Of a DNA stretch of 64,000 nt, positions 7,632 through 17,074 are shown piece by piece. Origin of the DNA: an uncultured Chloroflexia bacterium (GTDB lineage: Bacteria > Chloroflexota > Limnocylindria > Limnocylindrales > CSP1-4). Each line of letters begins with the position of its first letter. The first letter of the stretch is position 1. Below the pieces are notes generated by a model that made no database searches, was not told the origin of the DNA, and worked only from the letters and a program-made list of their open reading frames with translations. The stretch lies in the NCBI GenBank assembly GCA_963698505.1, contig CAVORC010000047.1:495-64494 (forward strand). Direction: 5' to 3'. The position numbers and the translations under genes are program-made.

Positions 7632-8735
7632 CTAGTCGATGGCGGCCACCTCACGCAGCAGCTCAACCGTGCCCTGCAGGTCCGCCAGGGCCGAAAGGTC
7701 GACACCTGGGACCTCGATGGTCGATAGCTCCGGCAAGCGTGGATCAGCCGCGATGCCATCGATGAGCGGGTACTCGAATGTCTCGCTCGCGAAGTAGGCC
7801 TGCGCCTCCTCGCCCAGCAGGTAGTCGATGAGGGCGACGACTGCCTCCGACTCATCGCTCGACGCCAGGCGACCGACGCCGGCGACGTTGACCAGGGCAC
7901 CGGGATCGCCCGCGCCGAAGAACTGCTGTGCGACCGGGAACTCGTCTCCCTGCTCAGCAAGCAGTCGCAGGAGGTAGTAGTGGTTCACGAATGCGACGTC
8001 GACCTCCCCCGCCGCGATCCCTTCGACCGCGGCCGTGTTCGAGGGGTAGTCCACTGGGTCGTTGGCCTGGATGCCCTCGAGCCAGGCCCGCGCCCCGTCC
8101 TCACCCTCGATGGCCCGCAGTGCCGTCACGAACGACTGAAAGGAGCCGTTGGCGGGCGCCCAGCCGATGCGACCGGCCCATGTCGGATGGGTGAACCCGA
8201 GGATGGAGTCAGGGAGCTCGAGCGCCTCTCGGGTGGTGTAGGCGACGGTGCGCGCTCGGCCGCTGATCCCCACCCAGCGACCACCTGGGTCGCTGAAGGC
8301 AGCAGGAACACGTCCGAGCAGCTCGTCCGGCAGCTCGTCGAGCAGTCCTGCCGCTGCGACGGCTCCGAGGGCGCCTGCATCCTGAGCGAAGAACACGTCG
8401 GCGGGCGAGCGTGCCCCTTCCTCGAGCAGGATGGCGGCCAGCTCGGCCGTGTCGGCGTACTTCGTCTCGACCTCGATCCCGGTGGCATCGGTGAACGCGT
8501 CGAAGACCGGCCCGACGAGGGCCTCGCTGCGACCTGAGTACACCGTCAGCGAGTCGGAGCCTTCCTGAGCCAACGATGCCACGCTGCTCGTGAGCAGCAT
8601 CCCGGCCGAGAGCACGGGAAGCAGGATGGCCTGCACTCCGAGGCCGGGACGCAGGGGACGACGACGGGACACGGGGCACCTCCGAGTGTAGGACTGACGA
8701 GCCGTCAGCCTACGCACCCTGGTCCGAAGTGTCAA
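7632..8735 (-). CDS. Extracellular solute-binding protein, ferric-iron ABC type (FbpA/AfuA-like)
   Basis: LTVYSGRSEALVGPVFDAFTDATGIEVETKYADTAELAA is typical of iron(III) SBPs. The N-terminal signal region is Arg-rich. The true start may lie downstream of 8735. Confidence 0.75.
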   Translation of the reverse strand: MTLRTRVRRLTARQSYTRRCPVSRRRPLRPGLGVQAILLPVLSAGMLLTSSVASLAQEGSDSLTVYSGRSEALVGPVFDAFTDATGIEVETKYADTAELAAILLEEGARSPADVFFAQDAGALGAVAAAGLLDELPDELLGRVPAAFSDPGGRWVGISGRARTVAYTTREALELPDSILGFTHPTWAGRIGWAPANGSFQSFVTALRAIEGEDGARAWLEGIQANDPVDYPSNTAAVEGIAAGEVDVAFVNHYYLLRLLAEQGDEFPVAQQFFGAGDPGALVNVAGVGRLASSDESEAVVALIDYLLGEEAQAYFASETFEYPLIDGIAADPRLPELSTIEVPGVDLSALADLQGTVELLREVAAID

Positions 8736-8773
8736 GCGTACATGCTATCGGTTATCAAGCCCACCTGATACGG

Positions 8774-9529
8774 TCACAATGACCGGCGCATGACCGGGTA
8801 GCGCTCGTCGGGGGCCGCCATCTCGAAACCACATGCCATCCAGAACGCCGGCGTCGCGGCCGACGCCTCGTCGACCCCCAACGTCAGATCCGGGAACGCT
8901 TCGACAGCAGCGAAGCCACGCCGCGCGAGGTCATCGACGACGGCCTGCACCAGGCGATGAGCCGTCCCCTCGCCTCGTTCCATGGGCGTCGTGGCGATGC
9001 AGCTGATCACGGCAGGCAACGGAGCGCTGGGCAGCCGCGGATAGAGTCCGCGGATCTGCTGCGCGCGAGGATAGGCAGACAGTGGACCGAACTGCACGAA
9101 GGCAGCGGGCTCGCCTCGTCGCAGCAGCACCTTGGCATACGAGCCGAAGACGTTCATCCCCCTGGTCAGCAGTCGAAGCTTGCGCGGCGCATCTCGTCCG
9201 ACCGCGTCGTCCTCGGCGTCACCTTCCGGGGCAAAGGGGTTGAAGCTCGATCCGCTGGACGTACCGTCCGCGGGCGCGAAGGGGTTGAATCCTTCGTCCT
9301 CTGCAGCGACCGGAGCGAAGGGGTTGTCAGAACGCAGTCGCGGCTGGGGCGCGGGCCGAGGGGCCGATCGCTGCCACCAGGCGGCGCGCGCGGCCTTGGA
9401 GCCGTGGACCTCGTCTTCCCAGTAGTCGCAGCTGCGATGGTCGAAGCGAGGATCAGCGCAGAGTGGCACGAGGTCGAAGGTGGCGGCGTCGGTGACGTCG
9501 AGGATCTCGATGCCGTCGGGACTGCTCAC
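8774..9529 (-). CDS. GNAT-like acetyltransferase family protein with an internal NPFAP-repeat insert
   Basis: The C-terminal part (AHRLVQAVVDDLARRGFAAVEAFP...FWMACGFE) looks GNAT-like. The N-terminal CDYWEDE motif is present. Three NPFAP repeats occur in a low-complexity insert. Confidence 0.5.
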   Translation of the reverse strand: MSSPDGIEILDVTDAATFDLVPLCADPRFDHRSCDYWEDEVHGSKAARAAWWQRSAPRPAPQPRLRSDNPFAPVAAEDEGFNPFAPADGTSSGSSFNPFAPEGDAEDDAVGRDAPRKLRLLTRGMNVFGSYAKVLLRRGEPAAFVQFGPLSAYPRAQQIRGLYPRLPSAPLPAVISCIATTPMERGEGTAHRLVQAVVDDLARRGFAAVEAFPDLTLGVDEASAATPAFWMACGFEMAAPDERYPVMRRSL

Positions 9530-9547
9530 GGGCAGAGTGTAGGACGC

Positions 9548-10258
9548 TCAGACCCCGAAGCGAAGGCTGTCTGCGATCGCGTCGAAGACGCCCTCAGCCT
9601 CCTCCGCGACGTCGGAAGCTGCGATGAAGTTGACCAGGAAGGCCTCGCGCCCGAAGCGGAACAGGTATGACCGAACGCGCAGCTCACCCAGGTCGGGATC
9701 GATGATGGTGTAGTCGAACCGGACGCCCTTCGCCGCATTCAGCACGACGTCGTGCGGGGAGATGGGGCTGACGAGTCCAGGCAGGCCAGTGATCTGCTCG
9801 CGAACGTGCGCCTTGACCTCGCGGGCCCGCATACCCGCAGTCGGCTGCGCCAGCACCAGCAGGACCTGCGAAACCTCGCCGTCGTCGGTCACGGGCACGG
9901 CGATAGCGCTGACCCGAACGTCGGAACCGTCGAGGACCGAACCCATGCGCATCCCGAGGTCCGGCAGGTCTGCGGCCATGACCGCGACCAGTTCATCCGT
10001 CTGGTCGGAGGCGACGGCCATGCCAGACCACCCCGCTGGCAGGTCCAGCGCGTACCCGTCGGGGTGCGGCCACCACGTCTCGACCCCGCTGTCATCGACA
10101 GCTGGGTCCGTGGCGCCGACCTCCGGCGAGGACACGGGTGTCCCGGCGGGGGCAAGCAGCGCTTGGAACACGGCATTCGTCGGTGCGGTGCAGCCAACAG
10201 CGAGCAGGCCTGCCAGCGCAAGGACGATGATGCCGACTGGGGTTGTCCGGCTCGTCAT
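9548..10258 (-). CDS. Predicted lipoprotein, function unknown
   Basis: The internal start at 10258 gives MTSRTTPVGIIVLALAGLLAVGC, with a lipobox LAVGC. I recognise no domain. Confidence 0.5.
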   Translation of the reverse strand: MTSRTTPVGIIVLALAGLLAVGCTAPTNAVFQALLAPAGTPVSSPEVGATDPAVDDSGVETWWPHPDGYALDLPAGWSGMAVASDQTDELVAVMAADLPDLGMRMGSVLDGSDVRVSAIAVPVTDDGEVSQVLLVLAQPTAGMRAREVKAHVREQITGLPGLVSPISPHDVVLNAAKGVRFDYTIIDPDLGELRVRSYLFRFGREAFLVNFIAASDVAEEAEGVFDAIADSLRFGV

Positions 10259-10389
10259 TCCGGCCACAGGATGCCCCAGAACGGACGAATGCGCAGGCGA
10301 TCGTTCGGCCCGTTCCATGGGTGACCTTCGCCTCATCCAGGTCAGAGCAGGACCGCTGCTATAGTCGAGGCACATCACACAGATAGACG

Positions 10390-10550
<161 letters not shown>

Positions 10551-10661
10551 GCCGACCCAGAGTCGGCTCGCGGTCGCTCGCGGAGCCCTCGCTCCCCTTG
10601 GGGGAACAGTGCTCATCTCTTCCTTTCTGCACCCCGTCGGCGTGGCCGGAGGTCACTCGAC

Positions 10662-11438
10662 TTGGACGCCATCGAGCTCCGCGGGGTCGCTCGCAGCTTC
10701 GACATCAAGGGTTCGCGCCTCGTCGCTCTCGAGGCCGTGGACCTGAACGTGGCGGCGCGCGAGATCGTCGCGATCGTGGGGCCTAACGGATGCGGCAAGT
10801 CGACGCTTCTGCGGGTGATCAGCGGGCTACTGCCGCCTGATCACGGAACAGTGCTGGCTAACGATTCGACAGTGGCAGGTGTCGACCCACGCGTTGGCCT
10901 GGTATTCCAGGAGCCTAGACTCCTGCCATGGCGAGACGTGCTCGCCAATGTGGCGTTCCCGCTCGAGCTGGCAGGCGTCAAACGGGAAGAGCGCGAGGAA
11001 CGTGCGCGCGCTGCTCTCCGGCTGACCGGCCTCGAAGGCTTCACCGATGCCTTTCCCGACCAGCTTTCCGGCGGCATGGCGCAGCGAGCGGCACTCGCCC
11101 GGGCGCTGGTGCCCGAGCCCGACGTCCTGCTGCTCGACGAACCCTTCAGCGCTCTCGACGCCATGACGCGAGAGCGCCTCGACAGTGAGCTGCTTTCCTT
11201 GTGGGGCCAGACGGGCACCACCATCGTGCTTGTCACCCATAGCATCTCCGAGGCCGTATTCGTCGCTGACCGTGTCCTTGTCATGTCCCAGCGGCCCGGC
11301 CGGATCGTGGCTGCGATCCCGGTCACGGCGCCGCGCCCACGGAGCCTCGCTGACAGCGGGGCAGCCACGTACGGAGCGGCCGCTGAGGCCGTTCGTCGGG
11401 CCTTGTCGGGAGTCGAGCCCGAGGAGGCCGCCGCATGA
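10662..11438 (+). CDS. ABC transporter ATP-binding protein (nitrate/sulfonate/HMP ThiZ-type) of the riboswitch-controlled importer
   Basis: Walker A is IVGPNGCGKSTLL, the signature is LSGGMAQRAALARAL, and Walker B is LLLDEPFSALD. I prefer TTG at 10662, which has GGAGG 9 nt upstream. The ORF-track start at 10491 lies inside the riboswitch. Confidence 0.8.
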   Translation: MDAIELRGVARSFDIKGSRLVALEAVDLNVAAREIVAIVGPNGCGKSTLLRVISGLLPPDHGTVLANDSTVAGVDPRVGLVFQEPRLLPWRDVLANVAFPLELAGVKREEREERARAALRLTGLEGFTDAFPDQLSGGMAQRAALARALVPEPDVLLLDEPFSALDAMTRERLDSELLSLWGQTGTTIVLVTHSISEAVFVADRVLVMSQRPGRIVAAIPVTAPRPRSLADSGAATYGAAAEAVRRALSGVEPEEAAA

Positions 11439-12220
11439 GCCTCCCCTCTCGTCCCACCTGGCGCCATGTCATGCATGACCTTGCGCCGGTCCTTGTGGCC
11501 GCGTCGATCTTCGTGGTCGGCTGGGGGGCGCTCGTCGTCGTGGGTGACTATCCCAGCTTCATCCTGCCCGGGCCCCTGGTCGTAGCAGAGCGCTTCGCGA
11601 GTGGCTGGCTGGATGGCACCATCGGTCCCCACTTCCTGACCACGCTGGCCGAGGTCTTGCTGGGCCTCGCGGTGGGCGCGTCCGCGGGCATCATCACGGG
11701 CGTCCTGCTGGCGCGCTCCCGGCTGGCTGCACGCATGCTCTCACCGTACATCGTGGCAGCCCAGGCGACGCCGATCCTGGCTCTGGCGCCGCTCATCGCC
11801 CTGTGGTTCGGGACTGGGCTCAGCAGCCGAGTCCTCATCTGTGCGCTCATCTGCTACTTCCCCATCGCCGTCGGGACGATGGTCGGGATCCGCTCGGTCG
11901 ACCCCAGGCTAGTGGAGCTGGGGCGAAGCTTGCGTGCCACACGCTGGCAGCGGCTGACCCGCATCGAGGTACCCTCGGCACTGCCACAGATCATGGGCAG
12001 CCTGCGCGTCGGTGTCACCCTGGCCGTCGTCGGCGCGATCGTCGCCGAATGGGCTGGTGGCGACCGGGGCCTGGGCGTGCTCATCAACCTCGCGCGCGGC
12101 AGCATGTTCGACATCCCCTTGATGTTCGCCACCCTCTTCACCATCGCCCTCCTGGGCGTGACTCTCTATCTCATCGTCGTCGCTCTGGAACGACGCCTCA
12201 TCCGTACCCGTTCGTCGTAG
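11435..12220 (+). CDS. ribX: ABC transporter permease (ThiX/RibX-type)
   Basis: 261 aa, about 6 TM, binding-protein-dependent permease fold. Its ATGA overlaps the ATPase stop. The symbol rests only on the FMN riboswitch context. Confidence 0.7.
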   Translation: MSLPSRPTWRHVMHDLAPVLVAASIFVVGWGALVVVGDYPSFILPGPLVVAERFASGWLDGTIGPHFLTTLAEVLLGLAVGASAGIITGVLLARSRLAARMLSPYIVAAQATPILALAPLIALWFGTGLSSRVLICALICYFPIAVGTMVGIRSVDPRLVELGRSLRATRWQRLTRIEVPSALPQIMGSLRVGVTLAVVGAIVAEWAGGDRGLGVLINLARGSMFDIPLMFATLFTIALLGVTLYLIVVALERRLIRTRSS

Positions 12221-12241
12221 CCACCACGGAGGCCCTGGTCC

Positions 12242-13279
12242 ATGATCCGCTTCGTCCCATCTTCCCGTGCCGCGGCCCCCGCGGCGTTGGCCATCACCCT
12301 GGCGATGACGCTGCTCGCGGGCGGCGCGGATGCTCAGACCGAGGCACCACCCCAGGGCGAACCGACGCGCCTGACCGTAGGGCTGGGCTACATCCCGAGT
12401 GTCCAGTTCGCCCAGTTCTACCTGGCGGAGGAAGCCGGGTACTACGACGAGGCCGGGCTGGACGTGACGTTCCAGAACCGGATCGATCCCGAGCTCATCA
12501 CCCTGCTCGCCCAGGGTGCGGTCGATATCGGCATGGCAGACGGAACGAGTCTTATCCCTGCTGTTAGCCGCGGCATCCCCGTTGTCTACGGTGCGACCGT
12601 CTATGGGCGCGACCCCAACGTCGTCTTCTCCCTCGCCGAGAGTGGGATCGAATCGGCGGCGGACCTGGAGGGTCGCTCGATCGGTGTCCCCGGCCGCTTC
12701 GGGTCCTCGTGGGTAGCGTTGCAGGCGATCCTCCAGAGTGCCGGCCTTGGCCCAGATGACGTGGAGATCGTGACCTACCCCGATTTCGGCCAGAGCGTCG
12801 CGGTGGCCGAGGGACAGGTCGACGCCGCCACCGGTTTCGTCACCAACGAGCCGATCCAGCTACGACGGCGGGGCCTCGAGGTGAACGTGCTGCACGCGTA
12901 CGACGTCGCTCGACTGCCGGGACCAGGACTCGTCACCGGGCGTGACACGCTCGAGTCCAAGGGCGACGCGCTCCGCGCGTTCACTGCGGCCACGATCCGG
13001 GCGATGGAGGACATCGCCGCGGATCCGCAGTCGGGATTGGACGCCACGTTCGCGCGTGTCCCCGAGCTCGCCGCTGATCCCGAGCTGCAGATGGCCATCC
13101 TGGAGGCCACCATCGACGCCTGGACAAGCGATCACACCGCGGCCAACGGCTTCGGCAGCGTTGATCGCGAGGCCTGGCAGTCCGGTATCGACATCATGCT
13201 GTCGCTTCCCGATTCGGTCGTGGCCGAGGCGGTGGCCGTGGACGAGCTCGTGACCGACGCGCTGCAACCCCCGCGATGA
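12242..13279 (+). CDS. ribY: Substrate-binding protein, NMT1/THI5 (ThiY/RibY)-type
   Basis: 345 aa with a signal peptide. LTVGLGYIPSVQFAQFYLAEEAGYYDEAGLDV is typical of NMT1/ThiY-like SBPs. The symbol rests only on the riboswitch context. Confidence 0.7.
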   Translation: MIRFVPSSRAAAPAALAITLAMTLLAGGADAQTEAPPQGEPTRLTVGLGYIPSVQFAQFYLAEEAGYYDEAGLDVTFQNRIDPELITLLAQGAVDIGMADGTSLIPAVSRGIPVVYGATVYGRDPNVVFSLAESGIESAADLEGRSIGVPGRFGSSWVALQAILQSAGLGPDDVEIVTYPDFGQSVAVAEGQVDAATGFVTNEPIQLRRRGLEVNVLHAYDVARLPGPGLVTGRDTLESKGDALRAFTAATIRAMEDIAADPQSGLDATFARVPELAADPELQMAILEATIDAWTSDHTAANGFGSVDREAWQSGIDIMLSLPDSVVAEAVAVDELVTDALQPPR

Positions 13280-13482
13280 CCGATACTGGCGGCATGCCCG
13301 ATACAGACACGGTGGTCGCCACGGCTGCCGACGGCGAGCCTGAGCACGCGTCCGATCACGGCCATGGATCCTCCGGCCAGCCGCTTGGGCCGGTCGACGT
13401 GACGACGTGGGCGTACGCCCTCGGCGGTTGCGTGATCGGGATCGTGGTGGCGCTCGCGATGCTCGCGGCCCGGGGCGGATAG
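13276..13482 (+). CDS. Small single-TM protein, translationally coupled to the SBP gene (hypothetical)
   Basis: Its ATGA overlaps the SBP stop. 68 aa, with an acidic/His N-terminus and then the TM WAYALGGCVIGIVVALAMLAA. Confidence 0.4.
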   Translation: MTDTGGMPDTDTVVATAADGEPEHASDHGHGSSGQPLGPVDVTTWAYALGGCVIGIVVALAMLAARGG

Positions 13483-13533
13483 CCTGGTCCCGAGCGACCC
13501 AGGGTCCGATCGCTCAGTCCCGGTCGAGGCGCT

Positions 13534-14205
13534 TCAGCTGCCTTCCGGGCGGCGCAATGCCCCCCTGGCGACACGCTCCCGTGCGCGATCAGTATCACGT
13601 TGGATCTGCTGGACGCGCTGACTGACCTCGGCCCTGATCGCGCTGGCCACGGCTTCGTCGCCGATCGCATCGAGGTTGATGGAGACGTTGGCTGCGGCGG
13701 CACGCGCGGCGGACTCCAGCAGGAGCGCAGCCACCTCAAGGTCGCTGGCGACGCCAAGGTTGGTGCGACCCGCCAGCCGCTCGACCATCCCGATCTGTGC
13801 ATGGCACGCCTTGACGATGGCCAGCGGAACGTCCGTGGCGTGGCGAGCGGCACGACGAGTGGCTTCTTCCCGCGCCAGCTCCTGTTCTGCGTCGTCGTGA
13901 GGCATGCGGCGCGCAGTGAGGTAGTCGCGGTAGGAGTCGGCATCCTCGTCCGCGAGCTCCAGGAATCTCACCCGCGCCGCATCGGAGGCCACCAGTGCCT
14001 GTGCATGCAGGTCGGCATGCTCCGCGTACTTGGGCCGATCGAGCGACAACCGCACGACCATGGCTGTCAGTGCCGACGCCAACGAAGCCGTCACGGCGGC
14101 AGCGGCTCCGCCGCCCGGTGTCGGCTCCGCTGATGCGAGGGCCTCGGTGAACGCGTCGAGGGTTGCCGAGGATGCGGACGAGAACGGCTCAGACATCCAG
14201 GACAT
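13534..14205 (-). CDS. Formimino-tetrahydrofolate cyclodeaminase (FtcD C-terminal-type domain, stand-alone)
   Basis: LDAFTEALASAEPTPGGGAAAAVTASLASALTAMV is the characteristic cyclodeaminase N-terminal motif. Confidence 0.8.
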   Translation of the reverse strand: MSWMSEPFSSASSATLDAFTEALASAEPTPGGGAAAAVTASLASALTAMVVRLSLDRPKYAEHADLHAQALVASDAARVRFLELADEDADSYRDYLTARRMPHDDAEQELAREEATRRAARHATDVPLAIVKACHAQIGMVERLAGRTNLGVASDLEVAALLLESAARAAAANVSINLDAIGDEAVASAIRAEVSQRVQQIQRDTDRARERVARGALRRPEGS

Positions 14206-14258
14206 TCTCGCACGCGGGCGTCGGCGACCTAGTCGCTCGCGACAGCAGCGCGGCGACC

Positions 14259-14546
14259 TCAGGCAGCCGAGGCAAGTCCCATGTGCCCGGCGGCGACCTC
14301 CTCGACGGTCCAGCGACGGTCGCGTAGCAGATGAACGAGGCGGTACCGTCGCCCAGAGGCCTGCACCAGGAAGACGGTCCTGGGTCCAGAGCCGAGCGGG
14401 TAGGCGGCGGTCTCGTCGCGCACCGATTCGAGCCCGGTCACTGCCAGCCGCTGACCGGCGGTGCGGATCTCTCGTGGGCGCCCTACGCCGTCGACCAGGA
14501 CGGACGGGCTGAGGTTGCTGAAGCCGAGGTTGCTGAAGCTGAGCAT
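14259..14546 (-). CDS. Small SOS-box-preceded protein of unknown function
   Basis: ATG at 14546 has GGAGGA 9 nt upstream; the ORF-track GTG at 14585 is an alternative. Two LexA boxes lie 57 and 94 nt upstream. The gene contains a 15-bp tandem duplication (14511-14540, FSNLGFSNL). Confidence 0.55.
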   Translation of the reverse strand: MLSFSNLGFSNLSPSVLVDGVGRPREIRTAGQRLAVTGLESVRDETAAYPLGSGPRTVFLVQASGRRYRLVHLLRDRRWTVEEVAAGHMGLASAA

Positions 14547-14602
14547 GGCGGTGAGTCCTCCTGCATCGACGCGGCCGAAGGGCACGTCCGGACCGATGGG
14601 TC

Positions 14603-14614
14603 GAACATCTGTTC
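14603..14614. promoter_or_regulatory. LexA (SOS) box GAACATCTGTTC
   Basis: Perfect GAAC-N4-GTTC palindrome, flanked as tcGAACATCTGTTCtg. Confidence 0.75.
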
Positions 14615-14616
14615 TG

Positions 14617-15974
14617 TTACGGCTCGCGGAACGCTAACAGAACATCTGTTCTAGTGTCAAGCCCTTCCGTTGACGTGGGGACAGCGTCACCGCCGCCTGT
14701 GCCACCTCCTCTGTCACGTCGGGAGACGCTCACTCGTCGTCGGGCGCGTGTCGGGCACGGCCGATGCTGCCGCCTTCGGGCGCCGTCGATGGGGTCTCGC
14801 TCGAAGGGCTCGGCGACGCCAGCGTCGATGAGGCGGGCACGGCGGATCGCCTGCGAGCCGAAGCGCCGCCGGATCTCGTCGGCGGCAGCGGTCGCTCGGC
14901 GACGGCGTTCATCGGCGACAGCGAACAGCGCCATCTGCTCGCCGCTCCCCAGGTGGGAGGCCGCGATCCCAAGGAGCCGGACGCGGACCCCGCGGAGGTG
15001 CGGACGGGCAAGGTCGAGGGCTGCCCTGAAGATGTCCTCGGTCTGGTCTGTCGGTTCCTGCAGCGTGCGCTGACGAGTGATGGTGGTGAATGACGAGTCG
15101 CGCACCTTGACCGCCACCGTGCGAGCCTTCACGCCACCCGCCCGCAGTCGGCCGGCGACACCTTCGGCGAGCGCCAGCAGGGTTCGCTCGAGCTCCTCGC
15201 CATCGGACGTGTCCACCTCGAAGGTGTGCTCGTGGCTGACGGAGCGAGCCGGGTCCGCTGCCGAGACCGGCGACGGATCGACGCCGCGGGCCCGCTGCGC
15301 CAGTACTGGCCCCTGCTTGCCGAAGCGTCGGGCCAGGATGTCGTCGGGCAGCGCAGCCAGATCGCCGATGGTGCGAACACCGAACTCGGTGAGCGCAGCA
15401 GCCGTCTTGGCGCCGACCCCCCACAGCCGCGAGATCGGCAGCGGGGCAAGGAACTGCGCCTCGGTCCCGGCCGCCACCACGACCAGCCCGTCGGGCTTCT
15501 CCAGGTCGGAGGCGACCTTGGCCACCAGCTTGGTGGTGGCGACGCCGACGGAGGCCGTCAGCTCCAGCTCCGTGCTGATGCTCGACTTGATCGACCGCGC
15601 GATCGTGGCGGGGCTGCCGTGGAGGGTCTCGGAGCCGGCGACATCGAGGAAGGCCTCGTCGATCGAGATCTGCTCGATGGCGGGCGTGTAGCGACGCAGG
15701 AGCTGCATCACCTCCCGGCTGACCGCGCGTACTTGCGGCCATCGACCGGCACGAAGACAGCGTCCCGACAGAGTCCCGCTGCGGTGCGCAGCGGCATCGC
15801 GGAGTGGATGCCGTAGCGCCGAGCCTCGTAGGACGCGGCCGACACCACGCCCCGGTCGCTGCGGCCACCGACGCCGACGACGACGGGACGACCGCGCAGC
15901 TCGGGACGGTCACGCTGCTCGACGGCCGCGAAGAAGGCGTCGAGGTCGACGTGCAGGATGGTGGCGCGGTTCAC
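14617..15974 (-). CDS. dinB: DNA polymerase IV (DinB, Y-family), interrupted by one apparent frameshift near 15726
   Basis: The N-terminal ORF (15708-15974) reads [28 protein letters not shown]. The C-terminal ORF (14617-15711) reads [22 protein letters not shown]. Restoring one base at TACGCGCGGTC gives [13 protein letters not shown]. Confidence 0.85.
14640..14651. promoter_or_regulatory. LexA (SOS) box GAACATCTGTTC, second identical copy
   Basis: The identical 12-mer lies 37 bp from the first, inside the last codons of the dinB reading frame. Confidence 0.75.
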
Positions 15975-16011
15975 CGCACCATGATGTCGTGGCGGGCAAG
16001 CCCGCCGTGGC

Positions 16012-16458
16012 TCAGCCCTTGGGCTCCACCGCGACGGTGACCTCAGGAGTCATACCGGCGTACACGCGGATGGCGACCTTGTAGGTACCCAGCTGACGCA
16101 GCGGCTCGTCGAGGTCGATGCGATGACGGTCGATGTCGATGCCGCGCCGGGCCAGCGCATCCGCGATGTCCTTGGCGGTGATGGAGCCGTAGAGCTTGCC
16201 GCCCTCGCCGACCTTGACGCCCATCGTCAGCGTGGTGCTGCTGATGCGCTGCGCGGCGATCTCAGCCTCCGCACGCTCCTTCTTGCGCTGTTCCTCACGG
16301 CTGGCGATGTCGTGCTGCCAGGCGCGGAAGGTGCCGCCGGACGCCGGCACGGCCAGGTCGCGCGGGATGAGGTAGTTGCGGGCGTAGCCGTTGGCGACGT
16401 CCTTGAGCTCGCCGCTCTTGCCGAGCGGGTCGACATCCGCTGTGAGGATGACCTTCAC
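16012..16458 (-). CDS. rplI: 50S ribosomal protein L9
   Basis: [33 protein letters not shown]. The GTG start overlaps the upstream stop (GTGA). Confidence 0.95.
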   Translation of the reverse strand: MKVILTADVDPLGKSGELKDVANGYARNYLIPRDLAVPASGGTFRAWQHDIASREEQRKKERAEAEIAAQRISSTTLTMGVKVGEGGKLYGSITAKDIADALARRGIDIDRHRIDLDEPLRQLGTYKVAIRVYAGMTPEVTVAVEPKG

Positions 16459-16955
16459 GCTGAGATTGCCTCCTTGTCCATGTTCTCTGTGTCGATGTAG
16501 CCCCTGGCCACCAGCTCCGCTTTGACGGCATCGGCGCCGATCTCGAGTAGCACCGGGAGCCGTCGTGCGATCGTGCGGATGGGCAGCGGCAGGAAGCGTC
16601 GTGCCGCTTCCATGTCGCGCTCCAACTCACGACCGTCGATACCAAGGGTATACATCTTCTCGATCATGAGCTCCCGCGGCACTCCTTCCAGGAACAGATC
16701 GAGAGCGATGATGGTCACCACCACGTCGTCGAGACGGCTGAAGAAGGGGATGAAATCCGGGATCAGGTCGATGGGCGACGAGGACGTACGCGGCCGCGAA
16801 CCCCAAGCAGGACCTTCCGTGACCAGGGCACGCGCCCGTCGACGCGCCAGCTCGACGATCAGCCGGCCATAGACCGGCGCACGCGAGGCGATCGGGATGA
16901 ACGGCCAGAGGCTGAGCGCAGTCAGCCCCAGCCTGAAGGTGCTTCGGAGGGCCAT
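16455..16955 (-). CDS. DUF1232 (YkvA-like) membrane protein
   Basis: The motif PIDLIPDFIPFFSRLDDVVVTIIAL is typical of DUF1232. Confidence 0.65.
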   Translation of the reverse strand: MALRSTFRLGLTALSLWPFIPIASRAPVYGRLIVELARRRARALVTEGPAWGSRPRTSSSPIDLIPDFIPFFSRLDDVVVTIIALDLFLEGVPRELMIEKMYTLGIDGRELERDMEAARRFLPLPIRTIARRLPVLLEIGADAVKAELVARGYIDTENMDKEAISA

Positions 16956-17036
16956 CGGGAGCGCGAGTCTAGCAGTCGGACAGGGTCGGCCTCACGGTCG
17001 TTCGCCGCAGGACCACGCCGGACGACCTTGACATTC

Positions 17037-17048
17037 GAACAGGTGTTC
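17037..17048. promoter_or_regulatory. LexA (SOS) box GAACAGGTGTTC in the lexA / DUF1232 divergent intergenic region
   Basis: tcGAACAGGTGTTCgg lies 27 nt before the lexA GTG and 82 nt before the DUF1232 gene start. Confidence 0.75.
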
Positions 17049-17074
17049 GGTACCGTACGCTCGAAGGAGGTACC

